From Octopus sinensis (Eukaryota): DNA of 64,000 nucleotides. Shown here in pieces: positions 49,513 to 60,760 of this stretch (position 1 is its first letter; each line of letters starts with the position of its first letter). The notes under the pieces are model-generated. The model was given only the letters and a program-made list of their open reading frames with translations, ran no database searches and was not told the DNA's origin. Location of the stretch: contig NC_043003.1 in the NCBI RefSeq assembly GCF_006345805.1, positions 29,202,001 through 29,266,000 of the forward strand. The letters are read 5' to 3'. Made by a program: the position numbers and the translations under genes.

Positions 49513-51615
49513 TCTCTTATTATAAAAGGCAGATTTTATCTGCCTCCCTTTGGGAGTTATACAAATCTACAATATAGGATTTCTTCAATTACAATTTACC
49601 TAGCAATTTTAAGAGTAGAATGCATCGCGTCATGCCAGCTCCAGTTTTTAAAATTTAAACTCCAATTAAGCAAAATTTACAGAAAACTCACATTCTGGTG
49701 TGTGTGTCAAATGCTTTTCTTAGTCTGGTTTACACCACACGCAAACGCACACACACAGTGCGCTACGAATAAAGTGAAACTAATTCAGTGTGTTGACAGG
49801 TAGACAATAGAATGCGATGACGACTATGACGCTGATAGATACATGAGTAAAATGTATGGGAAGCTAACAGATAAGAGTGAGTGAAAATGTTCTTGGAAGA
49901 GAGTAAATAGCCAGAGAGAGTGATTTGAGGAAGACTTTACATTAAATAACCGTAGTGGCTTGTGTTAGTAATAAAGTAAACATACACTCATACATACATA
50001 CATACATACACACACATACTCACACACATACATACACACACACACACACATACATACATACACACATACATACATACATACATACATATACATACATACA
50101 TACATACATACACACACACACAGTATTGAAGCTTGAGAACAATCAGATACATTTGCAACACATCTGTTGAAAATATTGTTGTTCACACACATACATATAC
50201 ATATATACATACAGACAGACAGACAGATAGACACACACACACACACATGATCCAGCATGGCCACAACCTCAAGGCTGAAACAAATAAAACAATAACAGAA
50301 TATAATGTGTGCATGTGTGTGAGAGAGAGAGTGTGTGTGTATATGTATGTATGTATGTATGTATATATATATATAATAATGCGGTTTTTCAACAGCTTGA
50401 ACTAATGTCAGAGGGGAATGGGATAAACTACTTATATTAACTTGCTATAAAAGCAGGTAGTAATTTTATCTTGTCCTTATTCATAGTGCAAGTTTTGAAG
50501 AGTGCATTTCGATTTTAACAGCTATTTTTTTCAAAGCTATATTGGAAGTAACAAGGAGCATATTTGGCATCTTTTGCTTTATGAGTTCAATAAAGACAAC
50601 AACGCAACGGAAAGTACAAGAAATATTAATGCAGTATATGGGGATTGGACAATAAGCGTAAGGCAGTGTCAATGGTGGTTCCAGAAATTCCGAGCCATAA
50701 ACTACAGCCTAGAAGACGAGCCTCATCCTGAAAGATCTGTAGAACTCGACAAGGACATCCTGAAAACCCTGGTGGAACAAAATCTCATCGTAACTGTTGA
50801 GGAACTAGCAGAGAAGCTTGGATTTGGTCATTCAACCATTCATTGAGACCTGTGTGCTATCGGAAAAGTCAGCAAATTGGGTCAATGGGTTCCTCACGAA
50901 CTTTCCGAGTCTAATTGCATGCAGAGAGTGAATGTATGCTTTTCTTTGCTGTCACATCTCACCACTACTGCGCTATGTATATCTATATATATAAAACTGT
51001 AGTTGTGTGAGTGTCTGTCCCCTTCGATTTAGATTCCTAACTACTCCCACATTTTGCGGTGCAGTTTAACCAAATTCGGGTAGCTTATAGTCGTGATTCA
51101 TATCGAGCCCGTCTGAATATTAGCGCGCGTCTACGATGAGTCTACGATTTAAAAATAATTTAACATCATTTTTTATTCCATTTTAATGCATAATTTTTCG
51201 TGTGTCGATGGCGGCGGAGTTGGCGTCCACGTTCACACATGCACCTGTGGGGAAGGGAGTGTAAGGAAATCAACGTCGTAATGCGTTGTCAAGGAGACCA
51301 GCGTTCTTTTAGAACAACGACTTCATGGCTTGAAGATACCAAAACAGAAATGGCTAAGAAAGCGTCTACATGAGTCTACGATTTAAAAAAAATTTACCAT
51401 CGTTTTTTTCCCATTTTAATGCATTTTTCGCTATTATATAAGGGAAGTAACTCTCTAAAAATGTCTACGATGAGTCAACGATTTAAAAAAAAATTTACCA
51501 TCATATTTTTTCCATTTTTAATGCATTTTTTGCTATTTTTTGGCTATAACTCTCTAAAAATGCTTATATAGTTATTTCCCTTACAAACCCGAGCAACGCC
51601 GGGCGATACTGCTAG
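49513..51615 (+). mobile_element. Composite Helitron unit 4 (type-A 5' end, microsatellites, mariner relic, type-B variant 50982-51615)
   Basis: TC start at 49513; A|TCTATATATATAAAACTG at 50982; hairpin-CTAG at 51612-51615. Confidence 0.7.
50375..50960 (+). mobile_element. Mariner transposase 5' fragment
   Basis: KEHIWHLLLYEFNKDNNATESTRNINAVYG...QCQWWFQKFR...SLEDEPHPERS...TVEELAEKLG, then GQWVPHEL (mariner HTH and WVPHEL motif). Confidence 0.85.
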
Positions 51616-53089
51616 TCTCTTATTATAAAAGGCAGATTTTATCTGCCTCCCTTTGTATCTTATAGAAATCTACAATATAGGATTTCTTCAATTACAATTT
51701 ACCTAGCATTTTTAAGTGTAGAATGCATCGGGTCGTGCCAGGTCCACTTTTTAAAATTTCAACCCCAATTAAGCAAAATTTACAGAAAACTCACATTGTG
51801 GTGTATATGTCAAATGTTTTTCTTAGTGTGGCTTACACCACACGCAAACGCACACACACACAAACGGAGCGAATTGTTTCACTGACGCTATCACCCTTCT
51901 CCTCCTTTGTCTTTGCAAGTTGGCAGCTATTAAAGTGAAAACAGTGAATCCGACAGCGATTAAGAAAATGAATTGGTACCTGAATGGAGTGAAAATTTAA
52001 AAACTGTTTCTTTCGGTGATTTTTCTGAAGAAACTGCACTAAGCCACAGACTTTCCCAGAAGAGTAAAGCCTTAAACTATTTCTTTTTACTTTTTCGAAT
52101 GAGCCCATTTGAAATCATTACGGCAGAAACGAACTGTTACGATAAACGTAAACAAAACGAAAGAAACGATAATTTGTTATTTCCCACAACCTTAAATGAA
52201 ATTAAGGCCTATTTTGCCATTAATATTATTATGGGTATCAGAAAGTTACCCAGAATAACAAATTCTATCATAAAATTTTGTTGTATACCCAATTGAATAT
52301 TAGCTAATAACCCATTTTCTATAGCGATGTTTGAACAAAATTTTAATAATTTTATATATTGTTGAATTTACCTGTATCTACCTGCAATTAGAGTCACTTT
52401 GTGACAAAAATTATAGTATAGAATTGGTTGAGGACATTTCATTAAATTATCTTCCAAAAATCAGATTAATATATTGATAAATAAAAAAGTTATAGTTGTT
52501 TAATGAAACCAGACTAAATTTATGATTACATTAGAAATTAATTGAAACACATAAGGGGTGTATTTTGGTCAGAAATATAGTAACGAAAGGGTTAAGAAAA
52601 ACCAAAAAATATTTTATTCTTTATAAATGTATTCAAAATAACATTTTCTTTTAAGAATGTGTATATAACAAAGTATGTGTATATAACTACGTGACTTATA
52701 TCTTTATATATAAAAGTGAAGTTGTGTGTCTGTCTCCTACGATTTAGATTTGTAACTACTCCCACATTTTGCGGTGCAGATTAAACAAAACCGGGTATCT
52801 TATAGTCGTGATTCATATCGAGCCCTTCTGGGTATTAGCGCGCGTCTACGATGAGTCTACGATTTAAAAAAATTTACCATCATATTTTTCCATTTTAATG
52901 CATTTTTTTCGCTATTATATAAGGGAAGTAACTCTCTAAAAATGTCTACGATGTGTCAACGATTTAAAATGTCAACGATTTTTTTCCATTTTTAATGCAT
53001 TTTTTTCCTATTTTTTGGCTATAACTCTCTAAAAATGCTTATATAGTTCTTTCCCTTACAACCCGAGCAACGCCGGGCGATACTGCTAG
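51616..53089 (+). mobile_element. Composite Helitron unit 5 (piggyBac fragment, type-B element 52701-53089)
   Basis: Starts directly after the CTAG of unit 4; ends acccgagcaacgccgggcgatactgCTAG|T. Confidence 0.8.
51940..52340 (+). pseudogene. piggyBac transposase (PGBD-type) N-terminal fragment
   Basis: SESDSD...EWS...ALNYFFLLF...FEIITAETNCY...PTTLNEIKAYFAINIIMGIRKLP resembles the PLDYF-LFF / ETNxYA / PTTxxEIKAFxxxxIxMGIxxLP pattern of piggyBac transposases (by eye). Confidence 0.6.
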
Positions 53090-53300
53090 TATATATATAT
53101 TTCTTAATGGTAAGACAATAGTGGATCAACTTCTAGCATAAGGGTTGTCCACGTTGTAGTCATCCCTCTTATACGTATATATATATATATATATCTTAAA
53201 GTGGTACTCCAGCATGGCCATAGTCAAATGACTGAAACAAGTAAAAAAGTTAAAGAATATGTGTGTGTGTGTGTATCTATCTATACACACACATATATGC

Positions 53301-53386
<86 letters not shown>

Positions 53387-53895
53387 GGAGAGAGAGAGAG
53401 AGAGAGGAAGAGAGAGAGACAGAAATAATGTAAGCATTGATGAAGACTATCACAGTTAATCACCATCTGCAATGTAATGGAGTCAGTTACTTTTTCATTA
53501 AGGTGTAAAACACCTTTAATGAATTCCAAGATCTGACTTTGGTGTGAAATTAAAGAAACACCTCCCTCTCCACTCTCACCAACAGGAGAAAACCTTGGAA
53601 AAAAATTTTACTGAAGAATAAAAACAGAACTCAGGTCATTAGATGTTCACCTTCTACTTTACACTGATCAACATACAAAGACATATATATACATACATAT
53701 ATATATGTTTGTATATATGTGTATATATATATAATATATATATGTATATATATATATATATATTTACATATATATATGTATATATATATATTTACATATA
53801 TATGTAAATATATATATTTACATATATATGTATATATATATATTACATATATATATGTATATATATTTACATATATATATGATATATATATATAC

Positions 53896-53954
<59 letters not shown>

Positions 53955-53989
53955 ATATATATATATTATATATATATATATTATATATA

Positions 53990-54036
<47 letters not shown>

Positions 54037-54089
54037 ATATATATTATACATATATATATATATATATATGTACACACACATACGTACAT

Positions 54090-54600
54090 AATGATGATGT
54101 TAGTGGTTTAGGTGGTTGTGGTGGTGGTGGTAATCATGGAGTTACTGGTTTTGAAATAAATGGTGATGAAGCTGATATGCTCTTAATGATGATGATGGTG
54201 GTGGTGGTGGTGGTGGTAGTGCTTGTGATAATAATTGTGGCGATTGTAATAATTGCAGTGGCGGTGATAATGTGGTGGTTATGATGATGGTGTTGGTGAA
54301 TAAGATGTGAATGATAACGATGACGATGATGATAGTGATAGTGGTAGTGATGATGATGATGCTGATGATGATGATGGTGGCCAAGGAGGTAGTGGTGGTG
54401 GTGGTGGTGGTGGTGGTAGGAAGAGTGATAACACTGATGGTCAGGCTGAAAATGATAGTGTCAGTGATGAGGAAGGTGAAGAAAATGATGCTATTGCTGC
54501 TGCTGATGATGATGATGATGGTGATTAATATGATAGAAGGCCTGCTGTTGCTTCTGAAGATGATGGTGATGATGATGATGATATATGTGACAGTGACACA
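54090..54600. repeat. Degenerate (GAT)n/(GGT)n trinucleotide field
   Basis: Direct inspection. Confidence 0.85.
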
Positions 54601-55654
54601 TTTCCAAATTGATATCACAAAGGTGACAGTTGTGCAAGCTTCATTCGGTTAGAAGAAGGGTGAGCAGTAACTGCAACATGCCATGGTTTTATATATTTAG
54701 ATTAAATTTGACATCATTCACACCAGTTGTGGCTCATCTAATCTAATTAATATAGATTGAGGTTATGTAATTAACTCCAGTGTTAAAAGGGTCTCTAAAA
54801 TATGCAAGAATGGAAACCTATCTAAGCATTGATATAATATTGATTTACTTTCACACCTGTACAAGACTCCATCATGCAAAGAATCCAGTGACTGATGAAA
54901 TTCTTTGAACTCAGTCACTTTCATGAAATGGGTTACCACTGGAGATTTTGTCTTTTGTGTGGTACATCTGGGGCAAATGAATTTTGCACAGCTTGCTTAC
55001 CAACCACATGGTTCCAGGTTCAGTCCCACTGCGTGGCACCTTGACCAAGTGTCTTCTACTATAGCCTCAGGCCGACCAAAGCCTTGTGAGGACAGGCTCC
55101 AGAGCACATTCAGATTTGTTGTTTGAGAATGTACTACATGTAATATGATTGGATCTTCAATCAAAATCCTGCCCAATACTCAACCAATCAAAGCACAGGA
55201 CTCAACCAATGTTCAAAACTCACATGATAAGTAAAGTGACTAATCATTACAAATTAGCGTGTGGAACCTATAAAAGGGTGATCATTTTCAATATGCCATA
55301 ACAGAAATTGGCCTCGCTATATTCTAATTAGAGATGAGATTCTTAATCTAATTGAAAATTTATTGACTATAAAACCACCTAATGAATCTTATTAAATGAT
55401 AATCAACATATTCAGTATGAATATGCGTCCAGAGGAGAACTTTTGTATATTGTTAGTGAACAGCATAAGTCTTTTTCTTCTGGGGGATTTCATCACAGAC
55501 AAGCAGGCATGGCTGTGTGGTAAGAAGTTTGCTTCCCAACCTAATGGTTCTGGGTTCAGTGCTACAGTATGGCACCTTGGGCAAGTGTCTTTTACTATAG
55601 TCATGAGCTGGCCAAAGCCTGTCAGTAGAGTTTGTTGACAGAAATTGAAAGAGC

Positions 55655-55880
55655 TGGTAGAAACGTTAGCAAGCCGGGCAAAATGCTTAGTGGTATTTCA
55701 TCTGCTGCTACGTTCTGAGTTCAAATTCCGCCGAGGTTGACTTTGCCTTTCATCCTTTCGGGGTAGATATATTAAGTACCAGTTACACACTGGGGTCGAT
55801 CTAATTGACTTCATCCCTTTGTCTGTCCTTGTTTGTCTCCTCTATGTTTAGCCCCTTGTGGGCAATATAAAGAAATAAGA
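55655..55880 (+). mobile_element. SINE family B (follows a family A head at about 55505-55650)
   Basis: gagctggtagaaacgttagcaagccgggcaaaatgc...gccccttgtgggcaatataaagaaata. Confidence 0.8.
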
Positions 55881-56315
55881 AATTGAAAGAAACCCATCAA
55901 ATGTGTGTGTGTGTGTGTGTCATTGAGATATCATCTACTGATAGTTCATCTCAACCTGTTATCTTGGTCATCTCTGATTCTCCTACAAGTCTATTATTCA
56001 CTAAAATATTACTGACTCAATGGTGGTTTATAATACAGACTTTTAAGTCATCAGAAGTTAGTCATGCATAGCTATGTGAGTAAAACACACGAATATCTAA
56101 AATACAAGATATAGGAGTCATATCACAAAATAAACGATATTACTGGAAATATCGTGTTTTATTTTATGAACTGTTTCAGATTGTTCTAAAACAAGCCTGC
56201 TTTTCTGTTGCTTCATGACTTGTTCAATGTGGTGGTCAAATCTTTCTTAACAAACTCTGTACCATCTTTATAACAAGGACCACAGGTCAGAAAAATAAAT
56301 TTATGGGACAACAAA

Positions 56316-56711
56316 TCTATATATATAAAGCTGAAGCTGTCTGTGTGTAGCAGGTTCGGTAGGCTTCAACTAACACTATCTCCTACGAGACCCTGAAGTG
56401 CAAGTTGACCAAAATTGAGACTATGATAGAAGAAGGCTTGCTCTTCATTCCGTAGAAGAAAAAATTCAAATCGGACCATGTTAAGACCAAAAACTATTTT
56501 CATCAAAAAGGTGCTTTTTTTCTATGAAAACCCCTATTTTTTGCAAGTTTTTGACTGCTGTGTCGCCATTTTTCGGTGTATTTCAGCCAAAAAAATGTTC
56601 ACTTAAAGAGAATAACAAGCTACATAATGCAAAATTTTTACTTTTCAAAAATTCCAATTCTAAAGGGTCGAAAAGAAAACAAACCCGAGCAACGCCGGGC
56701 GATACTGCTAG
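56316..56711 (+). mobile_element. Small non-autonomous Helitron with the same 3' end as the array
   Basis: A|TCTATATATATAAAGCTG...aaacccgagcaacgccgggcgatactgCTAG|T; the internal sequence differs from type B. Confidence 0.8.
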
Positions 56712-56727
56712 TATATATATATATATA

Positions 56728-57063
56728 TCTTTAAACGGCAAAATGTCCTTTATGCATATCCACAATTTTTCAGTTAGAGGGCTCGCACTTTCTATGGTCA
56801 TTCAAAACCGTCCAAGGGTGGTCGTGCACATCTATACATTTCCCCAGTCACCCCGCAAAGCCATTAAAAAATCAGTAGAAGTAACTTTTTTGTGAATTTT
56901 CTTCCCAAAACCCAATCAAAATGCCGGAAACTTGATATGCCAATTGAATGCCAGCTAGCTGTATGTGATTGGTCGGAGATTTGGACAGTACTCGCATGTA
57001 TGTCTGCACGCACGCAGCTGTATATGCATGCACTGTATATGCAATGCCGGGTCATAGTGCTAG
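56728..57063 (+). mobile_element. Probable further Helitron-like element in tandem
   Basis: A|TCTTTAAACGGCAAAATG...gcaatgccgggtcatagtgCTAG|T; the left arm of the hairpin is missing. Confidence 0.5.
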
Positions 57064-57120
<57 letters not shown>

Positions 57121-57190
57121 GTATGCCCCAGCCTCGAGGTTGAAACATATAAAAGAATAATTTCTGTGTGTGTGTGTGTATACATATACA

Positions 57191-58180
57191 TACACAGGCT
57201 GCCCTGAAATTAAGGCAGCCAAAGTTTGGGGCTTCAATAAATGTGATGAGATATGAAAAATATACATCATTATAAAAGCTTAGTGTGTCTTTTTGTTTCA
57301 GACTAAATAAGTTCAGTATTATAAATTAGATAATGGCTATAGACCAAGATACATTCATAACCTTCCACAAAGGAGGTGAAAGTAATACAGCTACAGCAAA
57401 AAAGCTTAAAATTAACTGAACAACAGTCTGGAAAATTGTCAAGAAATTTCAAGAGCCTGGTTCCCAGTGATTCTGGAAGCTGAATGGCTTTCATGGGCAA
57501 ATGAGCACTTTCAAGGTGCATCTTGGAGCTTCTAACAAGACTCAGCACCATCCCACAGCTCCAAAGAGACACAACACTAGATTCAGCAAAACATTCCATC
57601 GTTCATAAGCAAGGACGTATGGTCCGCAAGAAGCCCCAATCTTAACCCGTTGGATTTTTCTGCCCAGTCCACTCCTCATGTTTCACTTGATACTCTGAAA
57701 GCAAAACTGCACCAGGAATGGACTTCAATTCCACAAGAACAGCTGCATGCCACATCTGAAGCATTTACACCTAGACTTAAGGCTGTAATTCAAAACAGAG
57801 GTCATCATATTGAATAAATGTGATGGTGTCATAACTGAATCTCCTTTAACATTGCATCACAATGCTCAGACCCAAAATGTAACAATATTTTGCTTTAGCA
57901 GTGAGCTGGCAGAAACGTTAGCACGCCAGGCGAAATGCTTAGCGGTTTTTCGTCTGTCTTTACTTTCTGAGTTCAAATTCCACTGCGGTTGAGTTTGCCT
58001 TTCATCCTTTCAGACTTGATTAAATCAGTACCAGTTATGCACTGCAGTCAATGTAATCGACTTAATCCCCTTGTCTATCCCCTCTATGTTTGGCCCCCCT
58101 GTGGGCAATAGATAAATAAATATTTTGCTTTAGCAAAATTGAAAAAAGTTAGTTACCTTAATTTCGGGACACTCTGTGTA
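57191..58180 (+). mobile_element. Internally deleted Tc1/mariner-superfamily transposon with SINE B insertion (57901-58118)
   Basis: TIRs tacacaggctgccctgaaattaagg / ccttaatttcgggacactctgtgta. Peptides TTVWKIVKKFQE, WSARSPNLNPLDF, LKAKLHQEWTSIPQE...RLKAVIQNRGHHIE*. SINE TSD aatattttgctttagca at 57884-57900 and 58119-58135. Confidence 0.8.
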
Positions 58181-58186
58181 TACATA

Positions 58187-58415
58187 CAGTTGTGGCTAAA
58201 AGTTTGGAGCATCTTTTTTAAACCAAAATTGTTATGCTCAAGTACTATTCAATTCAACTATTTAATATAATAATTAATAATATAAAAATGCTAATTTTCA
58301 GACCTATCTTCTAAACTTTGGCCAAGTAATATATTGCAAATTAAATATAACTTTCGGCATTTAATATAAAAATTCTAATTTTCAGACCTGTGTTACAAAC
58401 TTTTGGCCATGACTG
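58187..58415. mobile_element. Tc1-type MITE
   Basis: TA|cagttgtggctaaaagtttg...caaacttttggccatgactg. Confidence 0.7.
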
Positions 58416-58529
58416 CATATATATATATATACACCAGAGTAAGTACATAAATGTGAAACAAGATGGAGAAAAATAGTATTCTAACGCTGGAGGTAGAGTA
58501 TATATATATATATATATACACATATATAT

Positions 58530-58792
58530 AACTATAAATAAGGGTGTCTGAGAGACACCACCATGCTGAAATAGCAGTCAAAAAACCACCTAAAATGTTC
58601 ATATCACACCACGAGATAAGACAGAGAGACAAAATAAACTGGCAAAAAGATATTAATGGACTTTTTGTCAGTTTATTTTGTCTCTCTGTCTTATCTCGTG
58701 GTGCAATATGAACATTTTAGGTGTTTTTTAGAGTCAGGGTTTGACTGCTATTTCGGCATGGTGGTGTCTCTCAGACACCCTTATTTATAGTT
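58530..58792. repeat. About 263-bp foldback palindrome
   Basis: aactataaataagggtgtctgagagacaccaccatg...aaactggcaaaaag / ctttttgtcagtttatt...catggtggtgtctctcagacacccttatttatagtt. Confidence 0.9.
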
Positions 58793-58899
58793 GTAAAAAT
58801 TATTATCTTTGTATGTTATTTATTTCCATGCTGGTCACTTGATAATATCGATATTATCCTTATTTATAAATATACATATACATATATATATGTGGCACT

Positions 58900-59260
58900 C
58901 CATCAGTTATGATGATGAGGGTTCCATTGATCCGATCAGTGGAACAGCCTGCTTGTAAAATTAATGTGCAAGTGGCTGAGCACTCCACAGACACATGTAC
59001 TGTTAACGTAGTTCTCTGGGGTGGTTCAGCATGACACTGGCCCTTTGAAATACAGGTACAACAGAAACAGGAAGAAAGAGTGAGAGAAAATTGTGGTGAA
59101 AGAGCACAGCAGGGTTCACCACCACCCCCTGCCAGAGCCTCATGGAACTTTGGGTGTTTTCGCTTAATAAATACTTACAATGCCCAGTCTGGGAATCAAA
59201 ACCACAATCCTACAGCTGTGAGTCCACTGCCCAAACCACTGGGCCATTGTGCCTCCACGC
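58900..59260 (-). mobile_element. SINE family C
   Basis: ...gaaagagtgagagaaaattgtgg...ccaaaccactgggccattgtgcc. Confidence 0.75.
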
Positions 59261-59280
59261 AATATATATATATATATAAC

Positions 59281-59360
<80 letters not shown>

Positions 59361-59363
<3 letters not shown>

Positions 59364-59585
59364 AGTTGGTGCATAATTACTGCAGCTTTTTTTCAACAAA
59401 TTTTATTCAACAAAAACTATAACAGCATGTAACAAAAAAACATCTTTAAATGATTATTTCAGAGCATATTCACCATCTACTTCAATAACTGCTTCCCATT
59501 TGCTTGGCAGATGGTCAGACCGTCATTAAAGATGTTTTGTTGAATAAAATTTGTTGAAAAAAAGCCACAATAATTATGCACCAAC

Positions 59586-59589
<4 letters not shown>
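59361..59589 (-). mobile_element. Mariner-derived MITE in (TA)n
   Basis: About 57-bp TIRs ttgagttggtgcataattactgcagc... / ...gccacaataattatgcaccaacccaa. The internal minus strand encodes DHLPSKWEAVIEVDGEY (mariner C-terminus). Confidence 0.85.
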
Positions 59590-59632
<43 letters not shown>

Positions 59633-59939
59633 TTATTTATAAATCCATTTAGTGTTAACTGTTGAATAAATAAAAGTGTAATCAGTACCATAGTAGAGAT
59701 TATTAATATATTTTGGGCCAAATTAGTCTCTTGCTACACCGAATTTCACTTGTAGGTGCACAGAAAGATCCTATGCACCTACTTATAGATGACATTCTCA
59801 GTAGCAAGTGACTGGCTTGACCCAAGGGTAGTAGAATAATAGAAGGTTATCAGAGAAAGTAGTGTTCATATGTGAAAGATGCACACAAGCCATAAAAACT
59901 CCAGATACTCAGGAAATTGATTTTCTCAAATGCCCTGGA

Positions 59940-60760
59940 GGCTCTTTAGAGGTAGTAAATAATTACTGCTACCTAAGGGACTGAATTAGTAGTGTAGTGA
60001 GGATGTACGGAAAGTGTAATAACTAGAATAAGAATTCGATGGAGAAAATTCAGGAAGTTTTTACCTCTGTTGGCAACCAAAGGTCTCTCCAAGTGAAAGG
60101 AAAATTGTATGATGCATGTATATGAACAACAATTCTGCATGGTAGTGAGATGTGGGCCCTGATTGCAGTGGACATGGGAAGGCTAGAGAGCAATGAGGCT
60201 AGTATATTCTGCTGGATGTGTAATGTAAGCACTCTGTTCATGTGCAACAGAGTGCTTTTATGTTGAGAGAAAAGTTTGGCATAAGAGGAATTAGATGCCG
60301 TATGCAAGAGAAAAGACTGCACTGGTTTGGTCATGTGATGTGGATGGATGTCAACAGCTCCATAAAGAAGTACTGATCACTCAAATGGATGGAACTTGTG
60401 GAAAAGGGAGACCCAGGAAGACATGGGACAAAATACGGAAGAATGATCTCAGGACACTGAACCTTATGGAGATGACAAAGGACCAAGATATCTGGTGCCT
60501 TGCTGTACTCAAGAAGACCTATCCTCCACAGCAGAAATGTTTATGTCACTCCCCCTGCTGAAGAGGATTGGCCTGCAAGAGCCCTGTGTCATTTCCACAT
60601 AAAAAAAAACTCTTGTGTCAGCACTATGTAAAAGTGTTTGTGCTTGTGCCATGTAAAAATCACCCAGCATACTTTGTAAAGTTGTTGGTATTAGGAAGGG
60701 CATCCAGCTGTAGAAACCAAGCCAGAATAGACTGGAATTTGGTGCAGCTCTCCAACTTGA
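59940..60760 (+). mobile_element. Old RTE LINE 3' fragment
   Basis: VKGKLYDAC, ILHGSEMWAL, GTCGKGRPRKTWDKIRKNDLRTLNL; homologous to the main LINE C-terminus. Confidence 0.8.

Noticed and set aside
54307-54528. Acidic Asp/Gly-rich ORF as a host exon
   Set aside because: It lies wholly within a (GAT)/(GGT)n field, and no convincing splice sites were found.
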